A stretch of DNA of 64,000 nt, taken from contig BDGG01000003.1 in NCBI GenBank assembly GCA_001949185.1, positions 4,523,092-4,587,091 of the forward strand, read 5' to 3'. Below the pieces are notes generated by a model. It did no database searches and was not told where the DNA came from. It was given only the letters and a program-made list of their open reading frames with translations. The position numbers and the translations under genes were made by a program. Below, piece by piece: positions 32,666-46,187 of the stretch (the stretch's first letter is position 1; each line of letters opens with the position of its first letter). This stretch comes from Ramazzottius varieornatus. Taxonomy: Eukaryota; Animalia; Tardigrada.

Positions 32666-34863
32666 TTAGCTGTACTGCAAGACACCGGGTTCCACAATAA
32701 AGCAATTCCACAAAACTGCGGCAAGAACAGAGGCAAAATAGATAGACAAAGCTATCCACCAGGTAACGGTGGACGAGAAGCGCTGGTCAAAGTTCTTGAG
32801 CGCTACCAGTCCGACGCACAGTCCAGCTAGTGCTCCCATGAGATGTGCGGTGTAGGACACCGGCAAAGGTGTCGGTTCTGCCGCGTAACGATCCCATATG
32901 GCCACTCCGACATCACAGCTGGCTATGAGCAGCACGCCGACTATCCTGAGCATGCCCAACTCCATCTGAGTGCGGTTCTGAAAAAGACGAACCAAGATTA
33001 ACATTCAATACTCGAGTAAAAGAAGTCGGCAAAGGGAATGCGCGAGTTTTCAGAACCTGCGTACACACACGCTTACTATGTGTACAGTATAATATATGCA
33101 GGCCTGCGAAATGCATCAGTTTTCACAAGCCTGCATACACACAAGTGTGCCAAATGCACGAACAGTTGTATCCAGTTTCATGATACACGACTGATTTTGT
33201 TCGCAACTCTGTACATGTGTTTTAGTAGTAAAGCAGAACAAAGAAATGTGTGGTTATGGTCAACAGGAAGTGTCTGGATTAAGGAATGACATACCAGAAG
33301 GACATTGGCTAGATGGGCGGATAGTAGTGCGTAGACGCCACCGGAGGCTCCGACTAGATACACATCCTGATCAAATACGGAGGTGCCTAGCGAGCCTGAA
33401 ACACGAAACACAACCCCATTATACACAAACTGTCATGCCCAAATGTCCAAAACGTGCCAGGAAATGCGAAACGTCACGCACTGACTGTCTCGAACCGAAT
33501 GGGATTTGAATAGCTGAATTGGTTGCTTTTGAGCACAGTCGATATTCCTCGCGTGGACCAGGAAGTGCATGAACTGACCTGCTATCACACCGGAAAAGTA
33601 TATAACGGCTGTTCGGAAGCTCCCATGGACCATCTCGAGCGGAAGACCCACGAAGACTTGGACGAGTAGGTTGAAGGCGAGGTGGAACCATCTGGGAAAA
33701 AATGACTGTAAACTAGGCGAAAATATACACTGGGAGTTTTGTTTTGCCGAGCGGCGCAATTGTCCAGCTAGTAAAAGTGATAATGTGCGCCCCTGAAAAA
33801 ACCAATCTTGTCGAGTTCTTCCTTGTCGAGCTTTCTATTATCAAAATTAGAGAAATTCCATGGAAGTTGTTCACGTACCCGGCGTGGATAAGAACGTAGG
33901 ACAGAAACCTCCACACTTGTATCCGCTGGTCAGGACGGTAGATGAGGACGCTGTCGACGGGAACAGGACCGATTGTGGACAGCTCTCCCACCGTTATCCA
34001 ATGGTAGACAAAGACCGTCAGCTGCAACAGAGAGAAGTTATGATTACTTAACTCAAAGGCATTCAGTGAAACGAGAAAATTGATTTATGGATCAGTGGAT
34101 GATTCATGCCCAAGCTGTGACATTTCGTGAGTTCTGACCAACGGCCAGCCGATGAAGCCATGTTCCTATCGACCTAATGAGCCTTACGGGCTTCTAGCTC
34201 GCTTCAATCGATGAAATTTCATATCGCGTGTCCGTGTTGATAGTCATAACTTATTTGGAAATCAAGAATGGCCTTCTTTGTCTGGGATGTCCGAATTTCT
34301 ATGCGGTAAAGTCCAGCAAACAAGAACGCCAACTCGGCAAAATCGGTCGAACGGATGAGCCTAAATCATCTCGTACCTGCATACATCAAGCCGCACTTCT
34401 ATCGTGCAGTACAGTATGCAGGTCCCTGGAATTTTTCTTGGCGAATACCTGCATACGCACGCGCACTGTACAAACGAAACACAAACTTGTTGTATGCAGG
34501 TGGGTGAAAGTCTGCAGTTTTCGGCTCACTTCGTTTAGTTTGCTCAAATGCGAAGACTGTTAAAGCAAAAAGGTCAATCTAAGGTTATACCTCTGCGAGA
34601 GTAATAAAGATGATGAAGATTGGAGGCGGCCAGCAGCGGTAATTATCAGCATGGTATCCTCCCAGTCCGTCCTCGATCAAGACCTCCTTGACGGCTTTCT
34701 TGAATATCTTGGGGACCATTGTCTGGTGGCTTGCAGGGACACTGGTCGGCTTGATAAAGCCAAACTCACTCAAGCTACTTTGGTTGTCTTCGGAGCTGCG
34801 GTCACCGTCAGTACTCGAGCTTTGTTTTCGCCACAGTAAGTAGCTATACAAGCCATTATCCAT
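32666..34863 (-). CDS. Rhomboid intramembrane serine protease (Drosophila rho-like); 5 exons
   Basis: Exons 34863-34591, 34021-33879, 33691-33579, 33395-33295, 32977-32666; WR motif, [18 protein letters not shown], catalytic GASGG and SYTAHLMG. Further 5' exons are possible. Confidence 0.95.
33023..33208. repeat. Sister palindromic element, CCTGCATAC-N29-GTATGCAGG, double core, intronic
   Basis: Cores at 33056-33102 and 33130-33176 (74-bp period); flank agtcggcaaa. Confidence 0.7.
34331..34525. repeat. Sister palindromic element, double core, intronic
   Basis: Cores at 34376-34422 (N29) and 34448-34500 (N35); flank aactcggcaaaa. Confidence 0.7.
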
Positions 34864-37332
34864 GATGTCGCCGTAAAGCCTGAATCAATGCCGCACGTTT
34901 CATAGACATATTCATACCAAATATTATGTAGTGCACCCGTCTTAGACAAATTCCCAGACAGTACACAAAAGGTCGAGCGACAACAGAAGACCCTTCTTGA
35001 TCTGTCTTTACAGTAATCACAATCAACACATCAATAAAATATTCCAAATTAATTTTTTCATTCAGCTTTGAAAAATACTGTAACTTTCTGTTTACCTGTT
35101 CTGAATCGGCGAACAAAGCGAAGTCTCATACGTCCACTGTGAATCGAAGAAGCGGCTATAATATCATGACACCGTGAACGAAGAAAAGGTTGCACTCAAC
35201 GAAACCTTTGGAGTTGAATATTATTCTTCCCGTATGAGAGAGTTCGCACATTGATTAAGCCATTGCTGGACTGACGGAAATGAGATGATGGCGTTTGGGG
35301 GCTCTGGCGATAATGGCTAGTGTCAGTGGAAGCATAACAGCATCATATTTATGGAGAGGACAGCAGATGTGCGGTAGAGGATCACAGTTGGCTACGCCCT
35401 GTGTCCACTCTCTCGTCGATAGGTTAACAAGGAAGAGAAGCTAACCCCCATCAGAAGAAGTGTACATGTACCGCTCCGCGCGGTCCGAAAGAGAAATTAG
35501 AGCTTGCTTGATCATCCGCAGCGAGCAGCTGGCCCCATCCATGGCCTTCAATTTCGGCAATCATGCATACCCCCAAAATCGTGTTTCGATAATAACACCC
35601 GTGAGCCCCTTCCGACAACTGTCCATTGTTTTAGATCGAAATAACCTCGCGAAAAAAAACGTCATTCGAGGTTTCCGATCTCGGTTTGTTTTCTGGCGTG
35701 CTGGAGAATACTTTTCCTTCTCCAAGTCAGTTTCCCGTCATGGTTCATCAAGTTGTGACTCGTAACTTTAACGGAACAAAATTGTGAACAAAACCCGGAA
35801 GCAACAGGCATGAGCCAAAACTGGTAAGTTGGCCACTCCAGCTTTCGCTCCGGTGACGTCATCGCGTTCGGTATTTACGGGGGACCGACTTAACCTACTT
35901 GGCCCAACCAATTAGTTTCTTGGTTGGCCAGATCCATCCGAATGACTGTTTGTAAAAAGACTGACGAATACTTTATGCGATATTTCGCGAGTTACTAAAG
36001 GTCCCGTTCATTGTTGTTGTGGACTTTGTCGGGTCGGTGGATAAACTGGGAAAGATTTTCGAGCATGGCTTTTTCGCTTTGCTTTGCGTTTATACGTTCT
36101 TGCATGATCACTTTCGGCATGTTACTTGCCCTCTTCCGCTGGGCAGAGAGGCATACGCTATTCGTTCTACATCAGTTGATATCCTTGTCAAAATTGGGCA
36201 CGAAATTAGCCACTTTACAACAAGAAGCCATTGAGCCATTCCGACTGACCCGACAAGGTATACGACCAGGACAAATACACACCCGATATTCTGTCAATAT
36301 GCCCCACTATTCACTACACACCTTATCATGCTAATTAAGTGGCCGTATATGCACTAAAAGTCTAAAGTATCCCTTTTGAATTCCAAAAGTCATAAATCCA
36401 TAACTGACTGCTTTCGTAAAATATGCCTGTCTAGCCTCTCTTTCTGCTCTTCCGACTTTCTCAGTCCGCAGCTTGAATAACCGGTCAATAAAATTCTTTT
36501 CCGGGTCGGAATGTATGGATGACTTTCTTCGAAAACTTGCCTAAAATCAAAACAGTAGCTAAATAGAAAATTACAAGTTAAACGCCTAAGCAGATTGTAA
36601 GGCGGTTTCGGTAATCCTTTCTCTGTTTCTGGCCCTTATTTACACCCGCAAAACCAGTCAATAAGGCGCTCAGAAATCTGTCAGTACATCGGTATCGCAG
36701 ATTCATTGCAGCTGTCAGCGGGACCACCTTCCGTGCTTCGAATGAAGACGCGCCGGTGGTCAAGATGTCATGTAGTGTCAAGATTAGTGAGTTGCCAACA
36801 AACGACCAAAAATGTTCAGCTGAAAAATTGAAAGAGGGTCTTCCGTTAGCCTAGGAGGAACTACATAGTATATGTCCGAAAACGACTTACGCGTCTAAAG
36901 AATGAAAAGGGTGCGCATACTGATATGGGATGTAGACAAATGATCTGAACCAGATCGGTATACAAGTGGCGCACATTATCAATGTCAGCGGCTGGAAGTG
37001 TGCGCCACTTGAGAAACGGCCTGGCTCAGTCATTTGTCCAGGTTTTATATGATGCGTAAGAATCGGATCGACGTATTAGTAATGAAGGAACAGCTTCCTG
37101 TCGAAACTTTCAAGTGTCCGTCAGAACATGAAGTTCATATGTTGAGTCAGATCGGATTACAATCAAATCAGATTTGTTCATCGAGGTTTTTCGGGCCTAA
37201 TTTCCACAATGCTAGACACTGGTTCCAAAAAGAAGCGTTATCGGACTTGTCAGCTTCGAGAGGAAGGTTTTCTCAGAAAGTGCCTCAGGCATCTAGCTGG
37301 AGTCTCATTGTTTCTGTGCTATTGTGTCAAGC

Positions 37333-40231
37333 ATGAAAGTACTAACCTTCGTGTTTCTTTGCCTGCTGTACTCCTGCCAGTGCTTCCTGCTCAATCATCG
37401 TCCTCCGTCATCCGGTGGATCCGTTGCTCGTCAGAGAACTGCATCGAGCCAAGGAGGGTCACAGCAGGATGACGACCGGAAGTGCTGGTGTGACCCACGG
37501 ATTACCACCTACAATCATACGAATGCCATACAAGTTGGTTTCCAATTCCATATTTGTAAAAAATTTGGACGAATACCAGCTAACAGCAACCTTTGTTGTC
37601 TGCTGCAGATCGCATCGGTGAACAACGACGGGACACTAGACTTCTCGGGTACGGAAGACTTACTTACGACCTTACGATCCGAGAACTACGCTGGAACTCG
37701 GAATGTCGCCATCGTCGGTATCGTAGGAGCTCATCGAAGTGGTAAGTTCGCCGCTCACAGTTCCCAAAATCTTCAGTAGACGCCTTCTGTTATTTCAGGA
37801 AAATCCACCTTATTGAACATGCTCCACAGATATATGGCTTGCCAGGTACGGCAAGAGATTCCACATGGAAAGCAAAAAACATTTGGGGCGACGCCAAACG
37901 ATTTCACCCAGATCGTCAACTCAAGTAGTGCACGTTTCCATTGTTATTAACTGAGAGAGCGCGCCACTTAGAAAAACGATTTCAAAAGTCGACAGGGCTG
38001 CTTCGTCAAGCGGTGTGTGCTTTCGGTGTTATTGGCGGGAAGTCTGCGCTACTTGGGAAGACGATCTGGTGAATTGGTTTGACGGCTTGTCATTTTCCGC
38101 CAGTAACGGAAGTGTCCTTTCAGGCGCAACCGAGTTCTAACTGGGAAAACCTTGGGCATAGCGAATGGTTACACGAAGATTCGAACATACCTGGCTGTCC
38201 ACGAACCTTCCAAGTATCGTCTCAGCAGTCTCTGTGCACGAAAGGGGCGTGGATATCGAAGTACCCGTACATATTCGGCGAGCAGAACCTGGCTGTCTAC
38301 TTGATGGACACGCAGGGCTTCTTCGACAACAGCCCTCACAGCAAGACTACCGACTCATCCGTCTTCTACCTGGCCAGTCTTCTGTCCTCCACACTGGTAC
38401 TTTCCGATGTCCTGAAACAGGAAAAAGCCAACTGGACGCATGACTCTTGCAGATTTTCAACGTGAAAGGCCATCTGGAAAAACCCCTTACCGAGCACATT
38501 GGAGCTATTACACTTCATCTTGGACGCGGTGTACATAATGAATCGGACCTGGAATCAAGTAACTGAATAACTTTGGAAAACGATTTTGAAGTATTTTCAA
38601 GCGGACAATTTAGCTTGTCGAGCTTACTAACAATGTATAATAATCAACAGGTATTCCCGCCCAGGGTAAACCTCTTCAGCAACTGCTGTTGCTTATCCGC
38701 GACTATCACCTTCAGGCCAAGAGTGGGAAGGAGTACCTGAGGGAGTACCACAATGGTCATCACCGCGGGGCAGTGGAGCAAATTCGGCAAACGTGGACGG
38801 ACACTGAAGCATTCCTACTGCCGATCGTTGCCTTGAATCCGGAACAGCTGCCTACCCATCCAAACGGTAAGTTGCAGTTTCCTGCTGGAGCACTCAAAGT
38901 CATTGGGTCATTCAAAGTCTTGGACAAGGTTTACTGTGCGATATCCGCCATCAACTTACCATACTTCGACCCAGCTCCGCGGCGCAGGACGCGTCCCATC
39001 CTCCTTTCGGTGTTGCACAGTTCGCAGTCTTGGATGGCACGATCCTCGAAGCTCAGAAGTCATACAGATGACGAAAGGCGAAGCAGGGAGTAATCATGAT
39101 CTCCGAGTTTCCAACAGATGATCGTCGTCGACGATGACGACGAAACTATAAAAACGCATAACGAAAGCGCGCGCCGCGCGAGAAAATCGACAACATTGCA
39201 TTACAGACATTATATATCATGTTATGTCATACGTTTTGATACTGTCCCCGTGTACCGTACAGTGTACACGTACCTGTTCCTTACAAGTTACAGTGCAACC
39301 GGAAATGGCGTTCTTTCACTCTAGATTTAAACCCCGCCTTTGAAACCGCGGTCGCTCAGTTGTTCCACACACACTTTTCAAGAAGGTCCCTTCTCAGAAA
39401 AACCGTTTTCAAACATGTGCTGAAAGGAGTGGACCTTGCAGCGCGGCTGGAGGTTTGTGTTCCACACTAGGTCATGACGGACCGGAAATTGCATTACATC
39501 ACTAACCTTACAGGCCTACCTCAAGCACTTGGGAACCGGAAGGCTGCCTGCTGTTCAAGACCTATACGAAGTTAGTTGTGCTTTCCACTTACCCGATTGT
39601 CTGCACACATCGCAGATCGAGGAACTTCAGTCATTCTTGGTTTGCAGACAGAGTGCAAAATCATTGCGGAGTCAGACGCTGCGGAAGCATTCCGTCACTT
39701 CGAAACCGATCTACGAGCAGAGATCGGCTCGCAATGTTCGCTGGTCCCCGAAGACACAATATGCATCATCACGTTGCACCAGAGACTGATACAAAACCGT
39801 ACGTCAAAATTAAAACGTCGGAACCAGAAGAATAATCACCATCTGTTTGGAAACTCGGAGGAGCTGCTCACGCAGAAGGCTGGCATTTTGCTAGAGCGGA
39901 TATTGTTGGAAAGAGCCAATGCGCGCACTGAGATTGCGCTGGCGAATGTGACAAAAGCACTTTCGGTGAGTTCGGTCGTCGTATTTTACCAACTGGCTGC
40001 CAAACTAAAGAATATGTCTTGCCTTTATAGCATGAAAGGGACGACCACAAGATGGTGCTACAAGCTGTTCAAACAGCTCAACAAAATAACGTCCTGCATT
40101 ATTTAATGAACCATCCATTCACAGAGTTCGTTATAGGAATATTCGCAGCAGTCGTTTCACTGTATCTGCTTTACTCCATAGTGGTATGTCTCATCAACAG
40201 GGCCCGTAAACGGAAGGTTGAAGCACTGTAG
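37333..40231 (+). CDS. Atlastin/GBP-family (GB1/RHD3) GTPase with signal peptide and single C-terminal TM; 10 exons
   Basis: Exons 37333-37533, 37609-37741, 37799-37845, 38124-38396, 38453-38558, 38651-38866, 39325-39452, 39514-39570, 39648-39965, 40031-40231; G1 GAHRSGKS, G2 CTKG.W, G3 LMDTQG, G4 LLIRD. Confidence 0.88.
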
Positions 40232-40806
40232 AAGTTAGAAGAGATAAGAAACGAAGTCTTGTCAAACTTTGAAGTTTGAACATACCTTGAAGTACATAGC
40301 ACAGTGTAAAAATCTAGAACGATCAGAGGTCGCACTCAACTTCTGGAATCTTCACAGTGACGCTAAAACGAAAATCCTTCAAACGAAAACGAAAAATTTG
40401 TAAAACTTTAAATTACAATGTGGAAATCATCGACTATAGACTCAAAACCTTGAGACCGCGCCGTCGAAAAACTCTAAGAGTCCTCGACCTGCATGTGAAA
40501 ACAACAGCGAAAACGCTACGAGTACAGGGAAGAACATTGTGGTCTGCCAAAGGACACTTAAGCTGAACGAGTGCGTCCAATTCGAGCCTTCTTCACAGAC
40601 TAAAGTAAAGAGAACACAGCCGTTAAGGTTTCATACGAAGAAAGGGATAATAAAAGAGAGGTAGGACGTTGGCAGATAATTCCACCCGAACAGTATTTCG
40701 GGTGGCGCACTTTTCCATTATCAGTTACTGACAGGGTGCGCCACTTAGTGAAACGATCTCGAAACTCGACAAGATTGCTTCCTCAAGTGGAGAATAAATT
40801 TTTGTG

Positions 40807-42167
40807 TTATCGGGGGAAGAGTGCGCCACTTGGAAAAACGATCTGGAGAGAATCCATCTGCCGACGTCGCAAACACCCACGTTGGTAGCGGTGTGCTTCT
40901 TCGCGTTGTACAACGGGTCGTTGGCCAAGAATCCGCTCCAAGTCTCGTGGCCACTGTCTGAGTTCCCATTTCCGCCCAACTTCCTCCTCACCCTGTTCCG
41001 AGAAGTACTCTTGTTCCAGCAGGTTCCCCAACAGTACGATCATCGTTAAGTCCAACTGAGCTCCCAAGCTAAGAATCCCTACAATCCCTTGCATATCCTT
41101 GCCGGTCAGAGCATCTAAAGCCGACTGCGCCATCATGACTTCCCCTATGGCCACCAACTCAAGGAACTGCTTTCCGTGGACGAATCGCATAAAACCTTTC
41201 AAGTTCTCTTCCAGCTTGACCTTCTCAATGCGACCTGTGGTCAAATATGTCTGAATGATCTCTCCGACTTCCGGGTCGAAGTCGCTCTTCATGTACCCTT
41301 GGTCGTGCTCTTTGAAGGAAAAGCAGGACGAGAAGAAGCACCGGAAGAACTGAGAGTGTTCCTCGAGGGTGACACGGTCTGTGACGAAGGGAGTGTCCCT
41401 GAATCGAAGCTTGAAAGTGTCGGCTTCATCGGTGGAGGCTTCGGACCTTCGCTCTTTCAGGCGGACTAGCGTGTCAATGGCATTGCGAGTAATCTTCCGC
41501 ATAGCCGGAAGTAGATCCGTAGTCGGTGTACCGACAGGCAGTTGGACTTCCGCTTCGACGACCGTTCCTTCGAAAGTCGATCCAAAACTGAGCGTACCTA
41601 AACAACAGTAAACCTGAAAAAAATGAAGTACAGAACAGAAGTTGGATACTTACGGAAAGTCGGCAAACAAATTCGGCAAGGTCGTTTTCGCAAGCGGCAC
41701 ACATTCCAAGCCATTAGCACTGGCACCATGCGCCACTCAATCAGACTCGACAAGATTGTTTTCCCAAGTAGCGCACGCTTTTGGTCGATACGACCTAGAA
41801 CGTGCGCCAGCTGGGAAAAAATCTTGTCGAGTCTGCTTGCTGAGCTTCCATTTTTCATCTAATTTCAGTGAACGATTTGCTCACCAATGAGTCGACGAGC
41901 GTTGGTCTTTTCGTCCACAGTCTGTTCCAGTTTTGAGTGAATAGTTTCGTACGCGCCAATCTTTAGCTTGTCCAGTGTGAACGGATGTACTCCCCGCCCA
42001 GTGGCGATGATTTCGCCGCTACAGAACGACGGGACGAGCACATTGCGGACTTCGTTCGATTCCTCATCTGCATAAAATATACACACGTAGGATCATTACG
42101 CAGAACGGCAGACTTTAAAAGTTGAGGAACAAGCACATTGCCAGCTGACGATGACGGTTGCCTCCAT
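40807..42167 (-). CDS. BTB/POZ-like domain protein; 3' end uncertain (may splice at ~40880 to an exon ending ~40442)
   Basis: Exons 42167-42137, 42067-41885, 41597-; DTFKLRFRDTPFVTDRVTLEEHSQFFRCFF...FKE....FDPEVGEIIQTYLTTG resembles a BTB domain. Confidence 0.65.
41657..41850. repeat. Palindromic element, double core, intronic
   Basis: Cores at 41692 and 41766 (74-bp period). Confidence 0.85.
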
Positions 42168-43810
42168 TCCAGTTAGGAAGGCCTTTGATTCTTCGTCGAG
42201 ATGGCAGCGAACGGTGATCAAGTTCGATAGGCTTCGAGGCCTGAATGTCCACGGCTGGTCCAAGACTCAGCGCACGATGCCAGACCTGGAGCGTGATCGT
42301 CTGAAAGTACTGATAATCAAGAACCGAATCACAATTTGCTAAAATCAAGATGGCTGAATTCTCACCTGCTGGTGCTGGCAGTGTAATTGTGAATCAAGGA
42401 AGACAGCTGATCCTTCTGCTCGCAGAATATACCCAGATCCTACAGGAAAACGAAGCGCAAAATGTCAGGTTAGAGGCATGAAGAACTTCAGTCCTTCGTT
42501 AGCGCAATGGTATCAGGAGGCCAGGAAGAACTCATACCGCGAAGACGTTGATTTCTTACCGTCATCTAGCCGCACTTTATGTACCAAGGAAGGCGCAGGA
42601 ACTCATCGAACCTCACTGCTATAGCTTGTCTTGAAACGAGCTCTTGTGGACCTGTAATGATAAGAGGCTCCGTCCGGAAATGCAAGTTCGAGGTGAGTGG
42701 TATACTCAGCTTTCCGGGAAGAGAGAAGGTTTCATGGCAGAAAGAAACGCGTATTATGGCGGATTTTCATAATAACGGATTTGGATTCTGGAGTGGCATT
42801 TCGAACAAAATAAAGCCCGGACGCTGTTTTCGCCTCAGGGGCGATCCTATAAGCCTACGGGTGCAACTCAGAACGGCATCGGCCCCGGCTCGGGTGGAGC
42901 TTTTGATACTTTCCCGCCTGACCCCGCCGGGAGCTTTTGGAATTTGCCACGAAAGTTGGACCATAGCGGATCGCACACAGCGCATTGTTATCGTGGGCGT
43001 GGACAAAAGAGACGTCTTGCAGCGGATTTTCGAACTCTTCCTTTGCACCGGAAGTCTGAATGCATGTCGAAGTCGATCTCCCCTCCTTTGGTCTTCTTCA
43101 GCTTATTTCTTTTTTGCACGTAAAGTGAAGCATTTGAAGGGCATATGGCGAGGATGGCAGCTCGCGATTAGGCATAAAAACTATGTTCGAATCAATCGGA
43201 TGGGAACCTTCGTTCTTGATGGGCGTTCATGTTGCTGGGTAAGTCACCTTAATCCTACCTCTGCATCGGTCATTCCGTACCACACTACACATCCATCAGG
43301 CATTTGCTACATGCAAAGCCGGCGGGAATACTTCAGCGGAGTTTCAGGCTTTTAGCTAATTTAGACCGCTAGCGTTTCAGCTGCTTTTAAAGTTGTTGCT
43401 TGCAGAGTTTACGTCTACGCTCCGAGTGTGGGAGAATTCAAGGTGATGCACGCCGTTTTCCAAGGCCAGAACTTTCTTCAGGTACGTTATTCAAATGGAT
43501 GCCTTGGAGCTGTAGAAGGCCAAAGTTCTCATCAATATGAGACCACTGGCGTACTTGTTTCGTCACCTGACTCTTTGCCGCCGGTTATTTAGGCTTGTGC
43601 TATTTTGTTTGGTTTAGATTGTTTTCCGCTGCCTTCGGTATTACAATGGAGAGCTCGCTAACCACTTGAGAAAGGAGCAAGCCGCGAGCAACCTGTCTCT
43701 ATGTCATTGTCCCGAGAACCGTCAGAACTTCTACCTTATCGGGTGCGGAAAAACGAACATGGACCGCAACAAGTTCTGCTAGCTCGCTCCTGCTGTTTGG
43801 CGCAGCTATC

Positions 43811-45713
43811 ATGGCAGCAAACAGTTCCGGAGAAGATGTGGACTCACTCTTCCCCTATGTTGGCGACGACGATATGGATATCGTTGCCGCGGACCATCGT
43901 TCGACGACCACCACAGTCGTGACTGTCATCTTTTACGTCTGCGTTCATGCCGTATGTTTAGTCGGTAAGAAATTCAATCTACAAATTCATATCGATTCCA
44001 GGGGATACTTATGGATGTTGGTTCTTTCCTTTCAGGGAATTCCCTCGTCTTGGTCGTACAGTGCAGAGACAAACGACGGCGCAGTATCACGGGATTCTTC
44101 CTCTGCAACCTAGCAGTGGCGGACTTAGCGGTGGGAATCTTCTGTATGGCTCAGCATCTGATACTGGTTCTGCTGGTCGAAGACTGGGTTTTCGGCGTAG
44201 GACCACTCGGACTAATTCTGTGCAAGCTGTACGGATTCACGCGAAGTTTGTCCTATCTGGCCACCATTAGCATCTTGATGGTACGGTGAAATCCGCCAGG
44301 AAGAGAACATTGTAAAAAATTAGGACATCGATTAAAATCTCCACAACGTTTGTTAAAATGTGACGACCTGGTTGACCTTCAACCGTATCAAAGTGCGACC
44401 TAATTCCTAGCGGGAGAAAAATTGTAGAAAATCAGAGCAAAGGTCGACCGCACACGTGTAATGGAAATTACACGTGTGCGGGACAGAGTGCGAATTCCAC
44501 GCAAGATCCGTCGAACAGTTTTCGAAAACCTTTCAGGTGCATCACCGGTCACAGTTCGATATATCGGACGTAGAAAACTTTATTGAGCGAGATCGTATTC
44601 TTAAGTGACGCACACGTTCATCCGATATCAACGACAATGTGCGCCACCTAATACGACAATATGGTTCAGTTCGCTCGCCATTTTTTCATATGGTGCACAC
44701 GCTGAGCTAATTGCAACGTAAATGTGCGCCCCTTGAGATAACATTCGGTGCAGTTCATCTGCCCACGTCCCATATACAGCCCGTTCTATCTACGGAATTT
44801 TTAGTGACTGAAGGATCTGTTGGACTGAAGGATCTGTTTTCAGCTGGTAGCGGTTGAGCGGTTCTTGGCCATTGTCCACCCATTCTCCACTCGGATCATC
44901 CTGCTGTCGCCCACGACGTTGAAATGGACGGCCTGTGGAGCGTGGCTGTTGAGCGGTATAATGAGCGCCCCTGCTCTCCTCTCCTTCGAAGTCTTCCACC
45001 ACGAGTTCAACATGACAAACCCGGTGACCAAAGAGCTGGAAGAGCACGGACAGACCATCTGCCATCGCGACTATCGAGCGCATCGCGATATTGACTGGGG
45101 TGCCTACGAAGTAGTCGCCTTCGTTCTGTGGTATTTTATACCATGTGTAGTTTTGATTGTCTTGTACTCCATAATTGGCCGGAAACTGTGGCGGTCCAGC
45201 TTGGATTTCAAGATTGCAAACTCTAGCCGGCATGTCTGTAGGTCTCAGCAAAGGTCGACTTCCATCAGTGCCAGCATGAACAGTTGGTCAAGTCGCCTGT
45301 CGCAGTCTTTCCTACTACGTCCACTCTTTCACAGAAGGTCGCAGAAGTCCTCACTCTCTTCTGAGCAATCAGACCAAAGCCACATTGTACAGAATCGCAG
45401 GAAGGTCATCAAGATGCTAGTGGTCATTGTAGTACTTTTCATGGTTTGCTGGTTCCCAGTCCAGATGCGCAAGTTGCTTACGTATAACTACTGGAACAAG
45501 CCATTCGGGGTGGAAGATGAGCATATGCTATACATGTTGAGACACTATCTCGTCCCCATCGGCGACTGGATGATCAACTTGCATAGCGCTTGCAATCCGA
45601 TGGTCTATATGCTCTTGTCGGACAGCTTTCGTGCTGGCGTCAAGGACCTGTTCTGTCGAAGCCGGAAACCAGCTCTCCAACCGTCACTTCATCTACCAGC
45701 CATACCATTGTGA
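43811..45713 (+). CDS. Rhodopsin-class neuropeptide GPCR, trissin receptor-like; 3 exons
   Basis: Exons 43811-43964, 44036-44280, 44844-45713; GN, SITGFFLCNLAVADLAVGIFC, LCKLY.F..SLSY.A.I.IL, ERFLAIVHP, NRRKVIKML, CWFP, SACNPMVY. Confidence 0.85.
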
Positions 45714-46187
45714 CACTCGGAAAGAAACGAACATCCTCGTGCGGGACTGCGGAACGCAGTCTCCATTGTGCAGCTCTGTCGATTTATGATACTCGAAGTT
45801 TAGTTTTAGTCGTGATAGGTGGCAAAGTTATGAGAGATTTGGGTGTTTGATGGGCTGAAGAAATGCGGGACTTTCCAAAGTCTGGACTTTAATCTTCCCG
45901 GTTTAACACGCGCACTGTAATTTTATGCTTTCTCCCTTTCATAGTTTCTTGATCTGACCGTTTGAGCTATTGTGAAACAACTTTGCATTGTGTGACGCTT
46001 TTCCCGAGTGGATTTTGGACCTGTCCATTTTGTAAGTTAGCAACGATCCATCAGGGAACCGAGCTTCCGTCTAGGATGCAGCGCCATGACATACTCACAA
46101 CTGATCATCAAGAAGCGCCCAACAGTCTTTGCCTGGTTGAGCACGCGTACTAATCACACTATCTGAAAGTTTCCCCCGTATTTCACA

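Noticed and set aside
42579-43355. 258-aa ORF upstream of the GPCR
   Set aside because: No recognisable motif, atypical composition and no splice support.
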